A stretch of 64,000 nt of DNA from Mustelus asterias (GCF_964213995.1 NC_135820.1:44082001-44146000); one strand, 5' to 3'. Shown: positions 26,252-40,599, counted from the first letter of the stretch. Notes: generated by a model from the sequence alone, not told the origin. Numbers and translations: made by a program.

Positions 26252-26504
26252 CTGATACAAATATAAAGCAATGCTTACTGATGTTGTCAAATATCACCTC
26301 ATAAAACAATGTGTTACTGTGCTCCTCTTTCACACAAAATGCTTTATGTTCAGTGCTGAAGCCTTGGCTTCTAAATTCAGACTATGCCTGAGCAGTCGCA
26401 TTAACAGGAAATTTAAAATAAAATACAGTTATAAGGAAACCACTTTTGTGTTGTGGACTGTCTAATCTCACCAATAACATACTGTGGGACAATCTGTGCC
26501 ATGA

Positions 26505-26786
26505 TTAGTCACAAGTAGGCTTACTTTAACACTGCAATGAAGTTACTGTGAAAATCCCCCAGTTGCCACACTCGGGCACATGTTCGGATACACTGAGGGA
26601 GAATTTAGCATGGCCAATGCACCGAACCAGCACTTCTTTCGGATTGTGGAAGGAAACTGAAGCACCCGGATGAAACCCACGCAGACACGGGGAGAACGTG
26701 CAGACTCCGCACAGACAATGACCCAGGCCAGGCATCGAACCCGGGTCCCTGGCAGCAGTGCTAACCACTGTGCCACCGTGCCGCCC
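26505..26786 (-). mobile_element. HE1-like V-SINE, tail type B
   Basis: Head, V-domain and type-B tail. Confidence 0.9.
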
Positions 26787-27733
26787 AATGGAGGAGATAT
26801 AGGGGAGGAGAATGAAATAGAAAAGGAAGAACTTACAATTATATTGTGATTTTTTAATATATTGTACTGTTCAGTACCTTGGGACAAACTAAATAACTTC
26901 ACAGATCATAAAGCAATGGCTTGTCGTCTGCTGTTACATATTCAAATCATGCTCAGAAAATTGACTTCTATCATCTCAGTAGGCAGACCTCTATTTTGGG
27001 TGCAAACGGAAAATTATACCTAAGAATGGCTTGAATTTGTTAGAGTTCAAGTATCCAACAACACTTATTTGCATAATCACAAACGTAAGCTCTGCCCCGC
27101 CAAGTAATACAATAAAAATCACTTGCTTCTTGGTTGTGAAATATTCCTTGATGTTCTTAAGCATGGTAACTTGATGCAGTTTTATTGATACAGCTGCAAA
27201 TGGCTTTAGCACCAAACATAAACATTTTTAATGAGTGTCAAAGAACAAAGAACAAAGAACAATACAGCACACGAACAGGCCCTTCGGCCTTCCAAGCCCG
27301 CGCCGCTCCCTGGTCCAAACTAGACCATTCTTTTGTATCCCTTCCAACTATTGTCCATCCCAACTATTCATTGACTTGATTTTAAATCACTTGAAGACAG
27401 CTAAAAAATCAATTATACAGAATCATTTACTGGTTCCATTGGTGTAGTCAGTTTCTTAAATTAAATATGCTTTGATATAAAAACTGCGCCTACTACTGCC
27501 TGCTTAAAATTACACTGAAAACCAATTTGAGGTACCATGTACCAGAGAATCATACAGCACAGAAAGAGGTCCTTCAGCCCATTGTGTCTTACTGGCCATC
27601 CAGCACCTATGCATTCTAATCCCATTTTCCAGTCCTTGGTCTGCAGCCTTGTATGCTATGGTGTTTCAAATGCTCATCTAAATGCTTCTTAAATGTTATG
27701 AGGCTTCTCACCTCTGCCATCCTTTCAGACAAT

Positions 27734-27860
27734 GGGCAGGATTTTAAGGCCTCACTTGTCCCGAAACTGTAAAATCCCGCCTGAGGTCAACGAACCTTTC
27801 TATGGTCCACTCCTCGCCCATTCTGTTTCCCACGGCAGGTGGAGTGATAAAATTCCAGCG
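27734..27860. mobile_element. Harbinger-like MITE inserted in a CR1 3' end
   Basis: GGGCAGGATTTT...AAAATTCCAGCG; TSD AAT; inverted homologue at 47331-47436. Confidence 0.65.
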
Positions 27861-29877
27861 AATGAGATCCACATTCCCATCATCCTCTGGGTAAAAATGT
27901 TTTTCCTCCAATCCCCTCTAAATCTCCTGTCCATCACCTTACATCAATGCCCCAGGTCATTGGCCCTTCTACTAAGGGAAAAGGTTTCCTCTTATGCAAG
28001 CGGCCAATCAGATTGGTCGACAGCTCTCCAGCCCATCCAGACACAGCGCTGCAATGGCCAGAAGACGCGTTGCAGCACCTTGCCTGAGAATAAGTGCAAG
28101 GAGCTGGTGTCAAGATAAGTAGCAGGTATACCAGGGAGGGGAGGGGATGTCTTGGGGGTTGGGGAGTTACGAGGGAGGAGATCTTAGTGTTGGGGATAAA
28201 CCGAGGTGAGGGGGGGTGGAAGGTCGGTAGGTCTTGGGGAAGGTGCCCCCAGTCAGAAGGGGCCTTTCACTGGAAGTGCCCCCTCCCCTTCTTGCCTGAG
28301 ATTGAGAATAGAGACTTTCTCTATTTTCCAATGTTTAAACATTGGGGTTTTATCTGTTGCAAGCAGCTGCCCTGATAGATCTAGCAATGAAATTTGACCA
28401 GCTATTCCAGGAAGGTCACCTTTGGCAGCTTGGTGCAGTTTTCTTTGTGCAGCTACTTTCCGGGCGCAGATCCAGGTGCACTTGCACAACCAGTCCAATC
28501 ACAGGGACATTGCAGAGTGCTTACAGAGGGTGAGCTGCAGCTGCATTGTGGCGGGCCTCACAATTGAATCTAGCACAGCGCTGTACTAACTGATCTTATA
28601 AATCCTATAGCAATGATTTGAAGGACGATTTTTTTGGCCGCTTTAAGCAATTTATACCCTTGAACTCTAAGGCTTCTGTATGACTATTTGAAGTATATCT
28701 GCCTTGTTTCAAGGAAGCCAATGGCCTAATTAGCAAATGAAGCGCTTTTTTCACTTTTTATTACTGGAGACTTTTTGAACTTGTATTTGCTCCTCCTTGC
28801 TTTCTTGCTCCTGACTGTCACTATTTCTTGTTGCTATGTAATAACTCCTGCTCCAGCGTGACTGTCCTGCATTGGTTAACAACTGAGACAAGTAGGAATT
28901 TTGACTCATATTCAACCCCTTCCTTTTTATAAAGGCTTGTGCATGATTTTTAGAAAGTGCCAAGTCACGAGCTGAATCAAAAGATTAATGACATTAATGA
29001 CTACTAAAATTAAACTTTTCCCTAACATCTTCCCACCTCCCTTGAGAAAACTCAGCATGAATTTGCACATTGCAACAATTAAATTCATGGTCAAAAGAAT
29101 CTACTGTGTCCTGAATCTGGGGCACAAAGTTCAAATATTGCTCTTTAGAACTTTGTACAACGTAAATAACCTATGTTTAATATATTTTTATATTTCAATT
29201 ATTGAATGAGAAATTCCTATTGAGAGTGGCGGGAACAGGGAATCCCACCATGAGCAAACAATGCACCACCTCCCGCTGGTGAGACTGGAGAATCTCGCCT
29301 GTTCTGTTCCAAGCTGGGTAAACAACCAGGTAACCTGTCAACGGGTTTCTGACTGTACCTCCAAGAGCTGCATGACTGGAGCAGAGTGATTCTTCCTATG
29401 ATTTCCTTTGCTTCTTTACCGTAAAATGTTATTGTCTGTGATCAATGTGTTTTGTATGTAAGATGTTTGTATTGTTGTCGTTGGCTTTGGGTGTAGGCAA
29501 CACTTAAACCCAAAGTACTCAATTTCCAAGCTTTAATAACTTGTGCACAAGTGAGAGCACATTGCAGTGCAAAGCATTGCAAGGTATTCTATTTATACAT
29601 ACAAACTATTTAGCAGTTATAGTTAATTACAGCAAATGAGAAACAAGCAATTTTCCAATCCTTCATTTGCAGACATATCCACCAATCATAGCATAGCCTT
29701 TTGCTCTTTTTTATCCAATAGAAAATTGTCTCCTGCTAATCCTTCATTAGCATAATATATCCCCCTATCTTGCTCTTTCGTATTTTTGTTATGGAATTGT
29801 CTTATTTTCCATCCCCTGGTGAAGGCGAGGAATAGAATGTTTATGGAACTTACACATTTCATGCTATCTGGACACTA

Positions 29878-30660
29878 GGGGGGGGGGGGGATTTTACCAT
29901 TGCTTTGTGCCAGTTTTTGGGCGTGACATGATGGTAAAGTGGGACGTAAAGCACTTAGCGTAGTTAGCACTGATTTTCATGACTGCTACCATTTTACATT
30001 TGCTTAGCAAGCCCGGCGCTCAATCGTCCAGGTCCGCCCCCTCCCCTTTTATGACCTTGCCATGAAAGGTTCTCACCGGTGAGGAATAGACATGGTCCCC
30101 ATGAATGGGGAGCAGTCGACTTGACCTCGCCAGTGGAACCAGAGGCCATTGAGGCTCCTCAGGGAGGCCGAGGCAAGGGGGGTGCCCCTTGGGCAGTGCC
30201 AGACTGGCAGTGCCATCTGGGCACTGCCGACCGGGCACCTGGGCAATGCCCACTGGGCACCTGGGCAATGCCCACCGGGCAGTGCAAGGGGGTGGGGCTA
30301 ATGGTGGGAGAGGCATGTGGGGTGCAGGACTAATGAAGGGCAAGGGTCCGCTTCCACTCTGCAGGAATCAGTGGGGGGGAGGGAGGAAGAGGGGGCCTGC
30401 TGCCACTCTGCAGGGATCAATGGGGGGAGGGCGGCAGGTCCGCAATTGGTGGGGGAAGGGGAGTCCATGGTCGGTCTGGATAGCAGGGGGGTGGTCGGCG
30501 GGGGGGTCGGTGGGGGCTGCATCTCGGGCTGCAGGCTCCCGCGATTGCAAAGGACAAAGTTGCTTCAGGCTGCCTGCAGTAGCAGATTGTTACCATGGGC
30601 CTTGATGCTCCTGGATTAACAACGGGAAACTCAGTCAAGCTTTTAATTAACATTTAACAT
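29878..30660. mobile_element. GC-rich non-autonomous DNA transposon (Harbinger-like)
   Basis: GGGGGATTTTACC start; shares the GGCANTGCC array region with 39266-40090 in inverted orientation. Confidence 0.5.
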
Positions 30661-31971
30661 CCAGCAATCCCTGCTAGCAATTGGCATCTCTATAGATAAG
30701 GGCAAAATTTAATGTGCCCCTGCACCCCAGAATAGACTGGGAGGGGAGTCAGGGACCATTTGATCAGGTGGGATGACATGGGGTGGAGAACCCATCATCC
30801 TCGTGCCTGCCTCCCAACCCCCCTACCCCATGTCTTAAGGGTAGGGAAAGTCCAGGACAGTCTTCACACCCCCAGACCAACTGAGGTCCTTAAATGGCCA
30901 ATTTTGTGAAATACAATTGTTTAATGGCCCTTTGAAGTTTATTTTGATTTTTTAAAACACATTTCTGTTTAAATTGTTATGTGAGTAGGTAGAACCCCAA
31001 TCTGGCATTTTGATGCAATGAGCATGCACAAATAAAATTCCTGACATTTTAAGTACATAGTAACAGGAGTAGGACATTCAGCACCTTGAGCATGTTCAGC
31101 AACCTAGTTAGAATAATGTTTCTATTATTTATTATTTTACTTTTCTTTTGAGAAACCTAGATGGGGATCCATAATTGGAAATAAGACAAATAAAACGAGA
31201 CATTAGGGAATGATGAGAAAGGAGCAGAATAAATAGGCATCCTCCTCAGAATGCTGCAACATTCACATAGGGATTAGCAATGTAGGCATCTCGAATGAAC
31301 AAGATCTAACGCCTAGTGTTACAGCATGCTCTTTGTCACATTTGACTTGGAAAATATTAGTGTTTTAAGCTTCAGCATACGTAGGACCAGTGAAGTAAAA
31401 TGATTGGTTTACACAAATTCCCGGATCTTGAGTCTTACAACTTTGACTATCTAGTGATAATGCCAGATTTTGCATGTTTCTACTCAAAATAAAAAAGCTT
31501 GCGTAAAGTTCCTATTTCTATGGAACCACAAGATTGCATGTTCAATTTCACTTTTTACAAAGTGTAAAATAACCTCGTCTGTCTCAACTCTTACTGTTCT
31601 CCGTTTCTAAACTACTCTCACTTTATCTGAACTCTCCTTTGTCTAAAGCCTTCTCTCTGTTTCAACCTCTTTCACTCTCTTGATCTGAACATCCTTCTTT
31701 CCTGTAGATTAGGGGGATTAGTGGGGTAAATATGTGGGGTCACAGGGTTAGAGCCTGGGTAAGATGCCCTGTCAGAGAGTCAGTGTAGACTCGATGGGCC
31801 AAATGGTCTCCTTCTGCACTGTAGAGTTTCATGATTCCTACATTGTCTCAAATTCACTCTCGCCCTAATTGGACTTTTCTCATTCTGTCCAAACGTCTCT
31901 GATTCTAGTTGGACTGTTCTCTTTCTTGCTGAACTTTTCCTTCTGTCTGTCTGGATTTAGCTTGTCCTATC

Positions 31972-32500
31972 TGATTTGATTTGATTTGATTTATTATTGT
32001 CATGTGTATCGGGATACAGTGAAAAGTATTTTTTGTTGTGCGCTATACAGACAAAACATACCGTTCATAGAGTACATTGGGGAGAAGGAAAGAAGTTACA
32101 GAATATAGTGTTACAGTCATAGCTATGTTGTAGAGAAAAATCAGTTCAGTAAAATACTGCGAATGCTGGAATCTGAAACAAAAACAGAAAATGCTGGAAA
32201 ACTAAGCAGGTCGGACAGCCTCTGTGGGGAGAGAATAGAGCCAACGTTTTGAGTCTCAATGACCCTTCGTCAGAGCTCTGACAAAGGGTCATTAAGACTC
32301 AAAACGTTGGCTCTATTCTCCCCCCATAGATGCTGTCAGACCTGCTGAGATTTTCCAGCACTTTCTGTTTTTATTTCAGCTTAACATAAGGTAGGTCCAT
32401 TCAAAAGTCTGATGGCAGCAGGGAAGAAGCTGTTCTTGAGTTGATTGGTACATGATCTCAGACGTTTGCTGATGGAAAAAGCTGGAAGAGAGTACGCCCA
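31972..32500 (-). mobile_element. Rex1/Babar LINE 3' end interrupted by a Penelope palindrome
   Basis: Matches 48998-49290; (ATCAA)n tail. Confidence 0.8.
32150..32379. mobile_element. Palindromic Penelope family-2 insertion with two hammerhead motifs
   Basis: About 100-bp inverted arms centred on CAGAG/CTCTG at 32271-32280. Confidence 0.85.
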
Positions 32501-33637
32501 GGGCGTATGTCAAATGAAATACTGTTAGTTTTGGGCCTGATCTATGTCCATCTGGATTCAAGTGAACTGAGCAACAAAAGGAGGTGGCACACAAAGTCTG
32601 GAGAGCAGAAGAAATTTTTTTTGTAAATCATGCCAGGTCCTAATGATACCATAAAGTGTGCTTCGTATGCAACCCATGATAATTACTGGAACTTGCATCT
32701 AATCACAGGACCCAGAATGATAAATAACATAAAGTGGGGAAAAGGGCATTCGGTTCCTCAGCACACTCAATCTAACAAACTGCACATTTTGTCCTTGAAC
32801 TTTTATCACACTTATGGGTTTAAATCCTGCTCATTGAAATTTGTAAGTATCGGGTTACCATGCACATGTAAAGCTGTGTGTTATTTTAAGTTAAAAATAG
32901 ACCATAAGATCATAAGAAATAGGAACAGCCCATCAAACCTTCTGTGCCATTCTATAAGATCATTATTCACTTGATTGTGGCCTTTTCTCTACTTTCCTGC
33001 CTGTATCCCATAGCCCCTGACACCCTTGTCAATCAAAGACCTGTATAACTCAGCATTGGCTACATGCAATGATTCAGCTTCCACTGTTCTCTGTTCTCTC
33101 AAAGACTAACAACACTCCAAGAGAAGAATTTCCTCCTTATTTCCATTTTATATGGGAGACCCCCTATTTTTAAGCTGTGCCCACTGGTTCAAGATTCCCT
33201 CATGAGTGGATACATTCCCTCATCATCTTTCTTGTCAAGCCCCCTCAGGAATCTGATATGTTTCAAGAAGTTCCCTTTTTTTGTCTGTATAGTGCGCAAG
33301 GAACAATACTTTTCACTGTTTACTAATATATGTGATAATAATATAGCAAATCAAAATTCTTTCAATGAGTATAGGCCCAACATGTTCAGCCTTTCATCAT
33401 AAAACAACCCCTTCATCCCAGAAATCAGCCCAGTGAACCTTCTCTAAATTGTTTTGCATGAAAATATATATACCCTCCTTAAGTAAGGAGATCAGAACTG
33501 CACACAGCACTCCATGTATGGTCTCACTAATGTCCTGTACAATTGTAGCAAGAGTTCTCTATTCTTTTACTCCACCTCTTTGAATAAATGTCAACATTTC
33601 ATTTGCCTTCCTAATATTTTGTGACTCATGTGCAAGG

Positions 33638-33885
33638 AGACCCAGGCTTGGGTCACTGTCTGTGTGGAGTTTGTATGTTCTCCCTGTGTCTGTGTGGGTT
33701 TCCTCCAGGTGCTCCGGTTTGCTCCCACAGTCCAAAAATGTGCAGGTTAGGTAAATTGGCCATGCTAAATTCTCCCTCAGTGTACCCGAACAGGCGCCAG
33801 AGTGTGGCGACTAGGGGATTTTCACAGTAACTTCGTTGCAGTGTGAATGCAAGCCTACTTGTGACTAATAAATAAACTTTACTTT
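33638..33885 (+). mobile_element. HE1-like V-SINE, tail type B, 5'-truncated
   Basis: V-domain and type-B tail. Confidence 0.85.
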
Positions 33886-35012
33886 TTACTCTCTGTACAG
33901 CGTCATCATGCATTCTCTCTCCATTTTTATAATATTCCACGTTCTATTATTCCTGCCAAAGTGGATAACTTCACATTTTCCCACATTATACTCCTCCTAC
34001 CAATTTCTTTCTCACTCACTTAACCCACTAACATCCCTTAGCAAAACCTTTGTACGTTCCTCACTACTTACTTTCCTGCTTATCTTTGTATCATCAGCAA
34101 ATTTGTCTGCAACACAGTCTGTCCCTCCATCCACGTCATTAATATAGGTCTGAAATATTTGAGATACTGATCCCTATGGCACTGGTTGCAGTTTCATAAA
34201 CCTGAAAATAACCCATTTATCTTGACTATTTGTCTTCTGTTGGTTAGCAAATCCTCTTTCCAAGCTAATATATCATCCCTGACAGCATGAACTCTTATCT
34301 TGTACATTAACATTTCATGTGGCAAATTATCAAATGCCATTTGGAAATCCAAATATACTACAAGGGTACATTTTTTGCTTCTGCCCACAATTTGCCAGAC
34401 CATTGATCTAGAGCGGGAATTTTCGGTGTCAGGATGGTATGACTGGAAAATCCCACCCTACATCAGCTGGTTTCTCTTTAATCACCCTGTTTGTTACGTC
34501 CTCAAAGAATTCTAATAAGTTTATCAAACATGAATTCCCTTTCACCGTATTGACTCTGCCAGATACTGTTGTAATTTTTCTACTCCACACAGACAGTGAC
34601 CCAAACCTAGGTCTCCTTGCACATGAGTCACAAAAAGTTAGGAAGGCAAATGAAGTGTTGACATTTATTCAACCTCCTTAATACTTGATTCTAGCATTTT
34701 CCCAATAACAGATGCTAAACTCGCTGGCCTATCATCTCCTACTTTCTGTTTTCTTCCTTTCTTGAATAGTGCTGTTATTTTGTGGTTTTACAATCCACTG
34801 TGACCTTTCCAGAATTTATGGAATTTTGAAAGATCACATCCATTGCATACACTAGCCGGGATCCTCTGACCTCGTCCATGGCTGGGATTTTCCGGTCCTG
34901 CGGCTGAGAGTGGAGATTTGGCTGCAGGCCAATTCTCCGTTCTCGCTGGCAGCAGTGGTGGGTGTATAGCATCGGAGAATTCCAGCCACTATCTGCGCAG
35001 CTACTTCCTTTT

Positions 35013-35631
35013 AGGCATTGAGTATAAAAATTTGCAGATCATGCTGCAGCTCTTCAGAACCTTAGTTAGGCCTCATTTAGAATATTGTGTACAAATCTGG
35101 TCGCCACATTACCAGAAGGATGTGGATGTTTTGGATAGGGTACCAAAGAGGTTTACCAGGATGTTGTCTGGTCTGGAGGGTATTAGCTATGAGGAGAGGT
35201 TGGATAAACTTGGTTTGTTCTCACTGGAACGACGGAGGTTGAGGGGGGTGACCTGACAGAGGTTTACAAGATTATGAGTGGCATGGACAGAGTGGATAGT
35301 CAGATGCTCTTTCGTAGGGTAAAAAAGTCAAGTACTAGGGGACATAGGTTTAAGGTGCATGGGGAAAAGTTTAGAGGAGATGTGCAAGGCAAGTTTTTTA
35401 CACAGAGGGTGGTGAATGTCTGGAACGCGCTGCCCGGGGAGGTGGTGGGAGCAGGTACAATAGTGGCATTTAAGGGGCAACTAGATGAATACATGAATAG
35501 GATGGGAATGGAAGGATATGGACTCCGTAAGTGCATACGGTTTTAGTTTAGGCAGGCATCATGATCGGTGCAGGCTTGGAGGGCCGAAGGGCCTGTTCCT
35601 GTACTGTACTGTTCTTTGTTCTTTGTTCTTT
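35013..35631 (+). mobile_element. CR1 LINE 3' fragment
   Basis: LVRPHLEYCVQIWSPHY; (GTTCTTT)n tail. Confidence 0.9.
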
Positions 35632-37663
35632 GGATGCATGCCATCAGGTCGAGAGAATTTGTGAGCCTTTAGTTCTATTAGTTTTCCTAGAACATTTTCT
35701 CCAGTTATCGTGGTTGTTTTAGGTCCCTCCATCTCTTTTGCCTTTTGTCTTTCTACTATTCGTAGGATATATTTTGCATCTTCCGCTGTGAAGATAGATA
35801 CAAGATACTTGTTCAAAGTCTCTGACATTTCCTTGTCTTCCGTTACTAATTTCCCAGTCTCACCGTCTAAGGGACCAGTGCTTACATTTGCTACTATTTT
35901 CCTTTTTATATACTCACAGAAACTGTTTTATATATTGTTTGCTAGCTTTCTCTCATACCCCAATTTTTCCCCCTCTATATGTTTGTGTCATTCTTCACTG
36001 GTTTCTAAAATTTTCCCAATCTTCTGGTTTATCACTAACCTTTGCAGGATTGTACATCTTTTCTTTCAATTTGGTACCATCCTTAGCATCCTTATAGCCA
36101 CAGAAAGTGCATCCTTCTTTTGCAGTCTTTCTTCCTCAAGGGAATATACCTTACCTTTTAACCTATTTTCCCATTCCACTTTAGCCTAATCTATCTTCAT
36201 GCCCTTGTAATTACTGTTATTTAAGTTTAAGACACTAGTTTCTGGCCCAAATTTCTCACCCTCAAACTGCATATGAAATTCTATCATGTTATGATCACTC
36301 TTACATAGAGGATTATTCAGTATAAGGCCATCAATTGATCCTGTCTCATTACACTTTGACAGATCTAAAATAATCAGTTCCCTGCTTGGTTCCAGAATGT
36401 ATTTTTCTGAGAAACTGTCCTGAATACACTCAATGAACTCATCCTCTAGACTACCTTGCCAATTAGATTTGTCCAATCTATATGAAGATTAAAAGCTTTC
36501 TTACAAGGCCCCATTATTTCTTGATTTATACTCTGAGCTACAGTGTACCAACTGTCAGAGGTCTTATAAACCACTCCCATCAGTGACTGCATTCCTTTGC
36601 TATTTCCTATCTCTACCCAAACTGATTCAACTGAACCAAGATCATTCCTCACTACTGTACTATACTGAGCTACCACACCTCCATTTTCTTTCTTCCTTTT
36701 CTTCCAAAATGTCAAATAGCTTTTGAATATTCAGGGCCCAGCTGTGATCACATTGTCCCTGATATGGTTATCACATCATACCCATTAATGGTTAATTATG
36801 CTGTCAATTCAACCATCTTGTTACAAATGCTATGCGGATTCAGATAAAGAACCTTTAATTCTGTATTTTTACCATTTTCCCTACTCTGACCTCATTTGCT
36901 AGTGAACTCTGATGTTTGTAGACTCTGTCCCTTCCTGTCACACTCTGGTTATCTAGTATCCAACAGATACTAGCCTAGCCTGTCCAACCTTTCCTCATAA
37001 GACAAACCATTCAATCCACGTATAAGTCTGATAAATCTCCTCTAAACTGTTTCTAATGCATTTACATCTTTCCTTAAATAAGGAGACCAATACTGAATAC
37101 AGTGCTCTAGACCAATGCCCTGTATAACTGGAATTCCACAAGCGCGTAGGATCGGTTCCCAACGTAAAGAACATAAAAGAAATGGATTGTGCATGTGTGG
37201 CCATTTCTCAATCAGAACACGCATGAAAAGTCCAAGGTTCACTGAGAACTGGAGTTGCCAGCCTCCGAATTTAAATAAGGTAAGTATTTGCATTTTGTGG
37301 CAAGCACGAGCCTTTCTTTCTTTCCCTTTTGTACTACAGATTGAGGTGGACAGCCTCAGCTTGATGGCTATGGGTCAGTCTATGGTCAACTTAACTCAAA
37401 ATTGAAAGTAATATCTGTTTATTCATCCCTAGAAGTTGTGGAGTGAAGGTTCATTCAGAAATTGATACAAACGTTAAGGATTGTAAGCATTTGCCACAGC
37501 TTAATCTTGGATAGGATATGATAATGAACCATAGTTACATTCAGTTCTTCGTAAGTTTCAGTATGTTCTCTGGAGTACAAGTCAATTTTAAAGGGTGGTC
37601 CCAGACGAAAGATTCTTCTGAATGCTTTGCTATTGACGGTAATTCTGGGATCAGAGTTTAAAT

Positions 37664-37992
37664 CATTAGAATTATAGAATCCTACAGTGCAGAAGGAGAC
37701 CATTCAGCCCATCAAATCTGCATGGACCACAATCCCACCCAGGCTCTATCCGCATAACCCCATGCATTTATCCTAGCTAATCCCCCTGACACTAAGAGGC
37801 AATTTAGCATGGCCAATCCACCTAAACTGCACATCTTTGGACTGTAGGAGGAAACCAGGGCACCCGGAGGAAACCCACGCAGACATGGGGAGAATGTGCA
37901 AACTCCACACAGACAGTGTCCCAAGCCGGGAATCAAACCCGGATCCTGGCGCTGTGAGGCAGCAGTGCTAACCACTGTGCCACCGTGCCACC
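37664..37992 (-). mobile_element. HE1-like V-SINE, tail type A
   Basis: Full head, V-domain and tail. Confidence 0.92.
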
Positions 37993-39265
37993 CATATATA
38001 ATATGCAGGACTAAGAGGAACGTGGTCAAGTGTGCAACCAAATGGCAGAAGTGTTCAATCTACCTTTGCCAGCCCATCCCTCTTGCACAGTGAGAACATT
38101 TTCTGTTGGTTCTCTTTCAAATTGATTCCCTTATTTTCTACCACAAACCCAGTTCCCATCACCTCACCAGATTTTTTTTGTCCCCTGCTCCAAAGACATG
38201 GTTTATCCTGGGTTATGATTCCATGCTTCTACACCTCTTGGCACAGATGCAGTAACCGGGAGATTTCAGTCTGGAATGTGCAATGTCATGTAAAGCTCCT
38301 CCTCTACATCCTCCTCAAGCTTCTGCTGCTCCTCAGGCAAATGCAGGTAGGAGGACCACTCCCTATATCCCCAGGCTTATTGGCGCCAATTGGCAGGTGT
38401 CATTTGCAGTATTTTGTCTTACCACATAAGATATGTTGGTTATTTCCTCCTTGAACTTTTATTCCAGAGAGTAAAGGCAGAAGGAAAAGAGAATTTTTGT
38501 GCTATTCTTAAATGGGAGAGAAGGTAACAGAGAGCAGGTAGCAGAGAGATAGCTTTTGTTATTCGTTCAGGGCGTAGGCATCACTGGCTGGGCCAGCATT
38601 TGTTGTTCATCCGTAATTGCCCTTGAACAGAGTGACTTACTGGGTCATTGCAGAGCGACAGTTAAGAGTCAACCACATTGCCTTGGTTCTGAAGTCACAT
38701 GTGGGCCACACCAGGTAACGGCATCAGATTTCCTTCTCTAAAGGACATCAGTGAACCAGATGGATTTTTACAACAATCCACAATGTCTTCATGGTCATCA
38801 CTAATTTAATTCCAAATTTTCACTGAATTCAAATTTCTCCATTTGCTGTGGTGGGATTTGAACCTGGGTCCGCAGAGCATTACCTTGAATTTCTGGATGC
38901 CAACGTAATGGCTGGAGTAAAGGAAAAACAAAGTTAAAATTTGATGGATGGGATCAAGTTTCATTGCAAGATTGGAATCTGACACCCCAAATACTTCCTG
39001 CATCCCAATCCTGCGCTGCAGCAGCCACCTGGAGCTATCTTCAAATGTAAATTAACTGATTGGGCCAAGGGCGAGAGTGGCACCCACTCAGCAATGCCAG
39101 GACTGGTATGGAAACAGGAAGCAGCTCCTGTCTGCCATATTGAAAGGCAGATGGCAGCTATGACAGGACTTGTAGCAGGCAGGAGAGCAAAGGGCCTGCA
39201 GCCACATGGCGCAAAAAAGTGGGCAAACTGACAAAGAAGGGGTGAAAGGCTATGTTTCAAACACC

Positions 39266-40090
39266 CTGGCTGAGATTCTCCCAAAAGACTTCTATGTGCC
39301 GAATTTGCGTAAAAACTGGAGTAACTCATCTGTTTTTTTTAAGCGGGATTTTCGAAATGAATCTTCCACACGCTGAGCACTGCATAGTGCCCTAGCCAGA
39401 TTCACGATGAATATCCGGTGCCGGGGCCAACTCCCACTGAAGAGGCTGGCGGCATAGCGCTGAGTGGGCCACTGTGCATGTGCCGATTTTTCATAGCGGA
39501 GATCGGCGCATGCCAGCACAGTAACCTCGCAGCCAGCCCCGATCCCCCTGCTCCCTGCCCATCACCCCGCCTCGATCTCCACCTCCCCGCAGTCCTGATC
39601 TCCCCAACACCCACCCACCCGGCAGCTCCGACCCCCCCGATGTCCGGTGGGCAGTGCCCAGGTGCCCCTTGGGCATTGCCACTTCTCCCCTTGGGCAGGG
39701 GGGCCAAGCTGTCACTGCCAGGCTGGCAATGCCTGGGGACACCTCCCTTACCCCCGACCTTCTGGGGGGCCTCGATGGCCTCCCTTCACTCCAGCGGGTT
39801 CAGGTCACCAGCTCCCTGTTAGTGGGGAGCTGTTGTAAACCCCTCTGGAGTGAACCACTCCTGGTGGGGGCAGGAGAAAGAAGCGGGCCTGGAGACGTCA
39901 GTCCTAGACCTGCTAATTCGATTTAAATGGCAATTTGAATATTTAAATCAGCTCCATGCTGATTTCCAGCACAGAGCTGATGACGCGTGGAAGCCGTGGC
40001 TCCCAGCATGAGCCCACTAAATGGCCTCTGCTGATGTCTCCCGGCCCCTTGCTCTGCTAGAGCAGCGCAGCGGACTGGGAGGATCACCCC
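39266..40090. mobile_element. GC-rich non-autonomous DNA transposon (Harbinger-like)
   Basis: Imperfect TIRs GGCTGAGATTCTCCCA / TGGGAGGATCACCCC; CpG-rich. Confidence 0.55.
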
Positions 40091-40555
40091 CTCCTATTTT
40101 TACATTACTTTGAATCAATCAATGTCCAGCTGCATGCTTCCAGCAGCCAATCACTGAGCTTGCACCAGACCAGTCATTCCACTTTGAAAATTTCCTTCCG
40201 ACCCTTAATTCCCAACCAATTAACAAACTCCACAAGAAGCTTAATGGACAGTTAATTCGTGACAAGCAAATTGCTGGCCGCCCTCCTGCTCCCTTCGTTT
40301 TGAAAATTGTAGCACGTTCTGGAGGTTTCAGGATCCGGAGATGTCTCCCGGGAAGAGGATCTTCAATTTGTGCCCACACCCGTGTTCACCCCCCCAAAAG
40401 CTCTTTTATAAGTCAGCCCAATGATCCTGCAAAGTTTTAAAAGTTGTCCTTCGACCTTTACATATAGGTTTCACCTTTATCCCCAGTGGCTGGCAATGGG
40501 TGAGACGGCTGCTGGATTTTAATAAGATGCTATGCAGTCAGATGTTCCCACTCAC

Positions 40556-40599
40556 CTTAGCGTGGTCACTTCTATTGTGCTGCCAGTGTGAAAAGCTGG
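40556..40599 (-). CDS. Candidate 44/40-nt coding exon (PAFHTGSTIEVTTL)
   Basis: gctctctccccag(ccag) acceptor, AAG/gtgagt donor; ends in phase 2, compatible with 26206-26251. Confidence 0.4.

Larger units (their letters stand above)
32900..37135 (-). mobile_element. Old fragmented CR1 LINE with nested SINE, MITEs and CR1
   Basis: APE-region remnants (ESVWVEI, LCKSDHNMIEF) at 36180-36720; RT VVYLDFQMAFD near 34350. Confidence 0.8.

Noticed and set aside
30189-30286. p53 response elements or a CRISPR-like array
   Set aside because: Units have an extra central base relative to RRRCWWGYYY; there are no unique spacers and the context is eukaryotic.
37215-37380. Plus-strand exon pair with a GTAAGT donor
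   Set aside because: The implied intron is only about 60 nt and the peptide is not recognisable.
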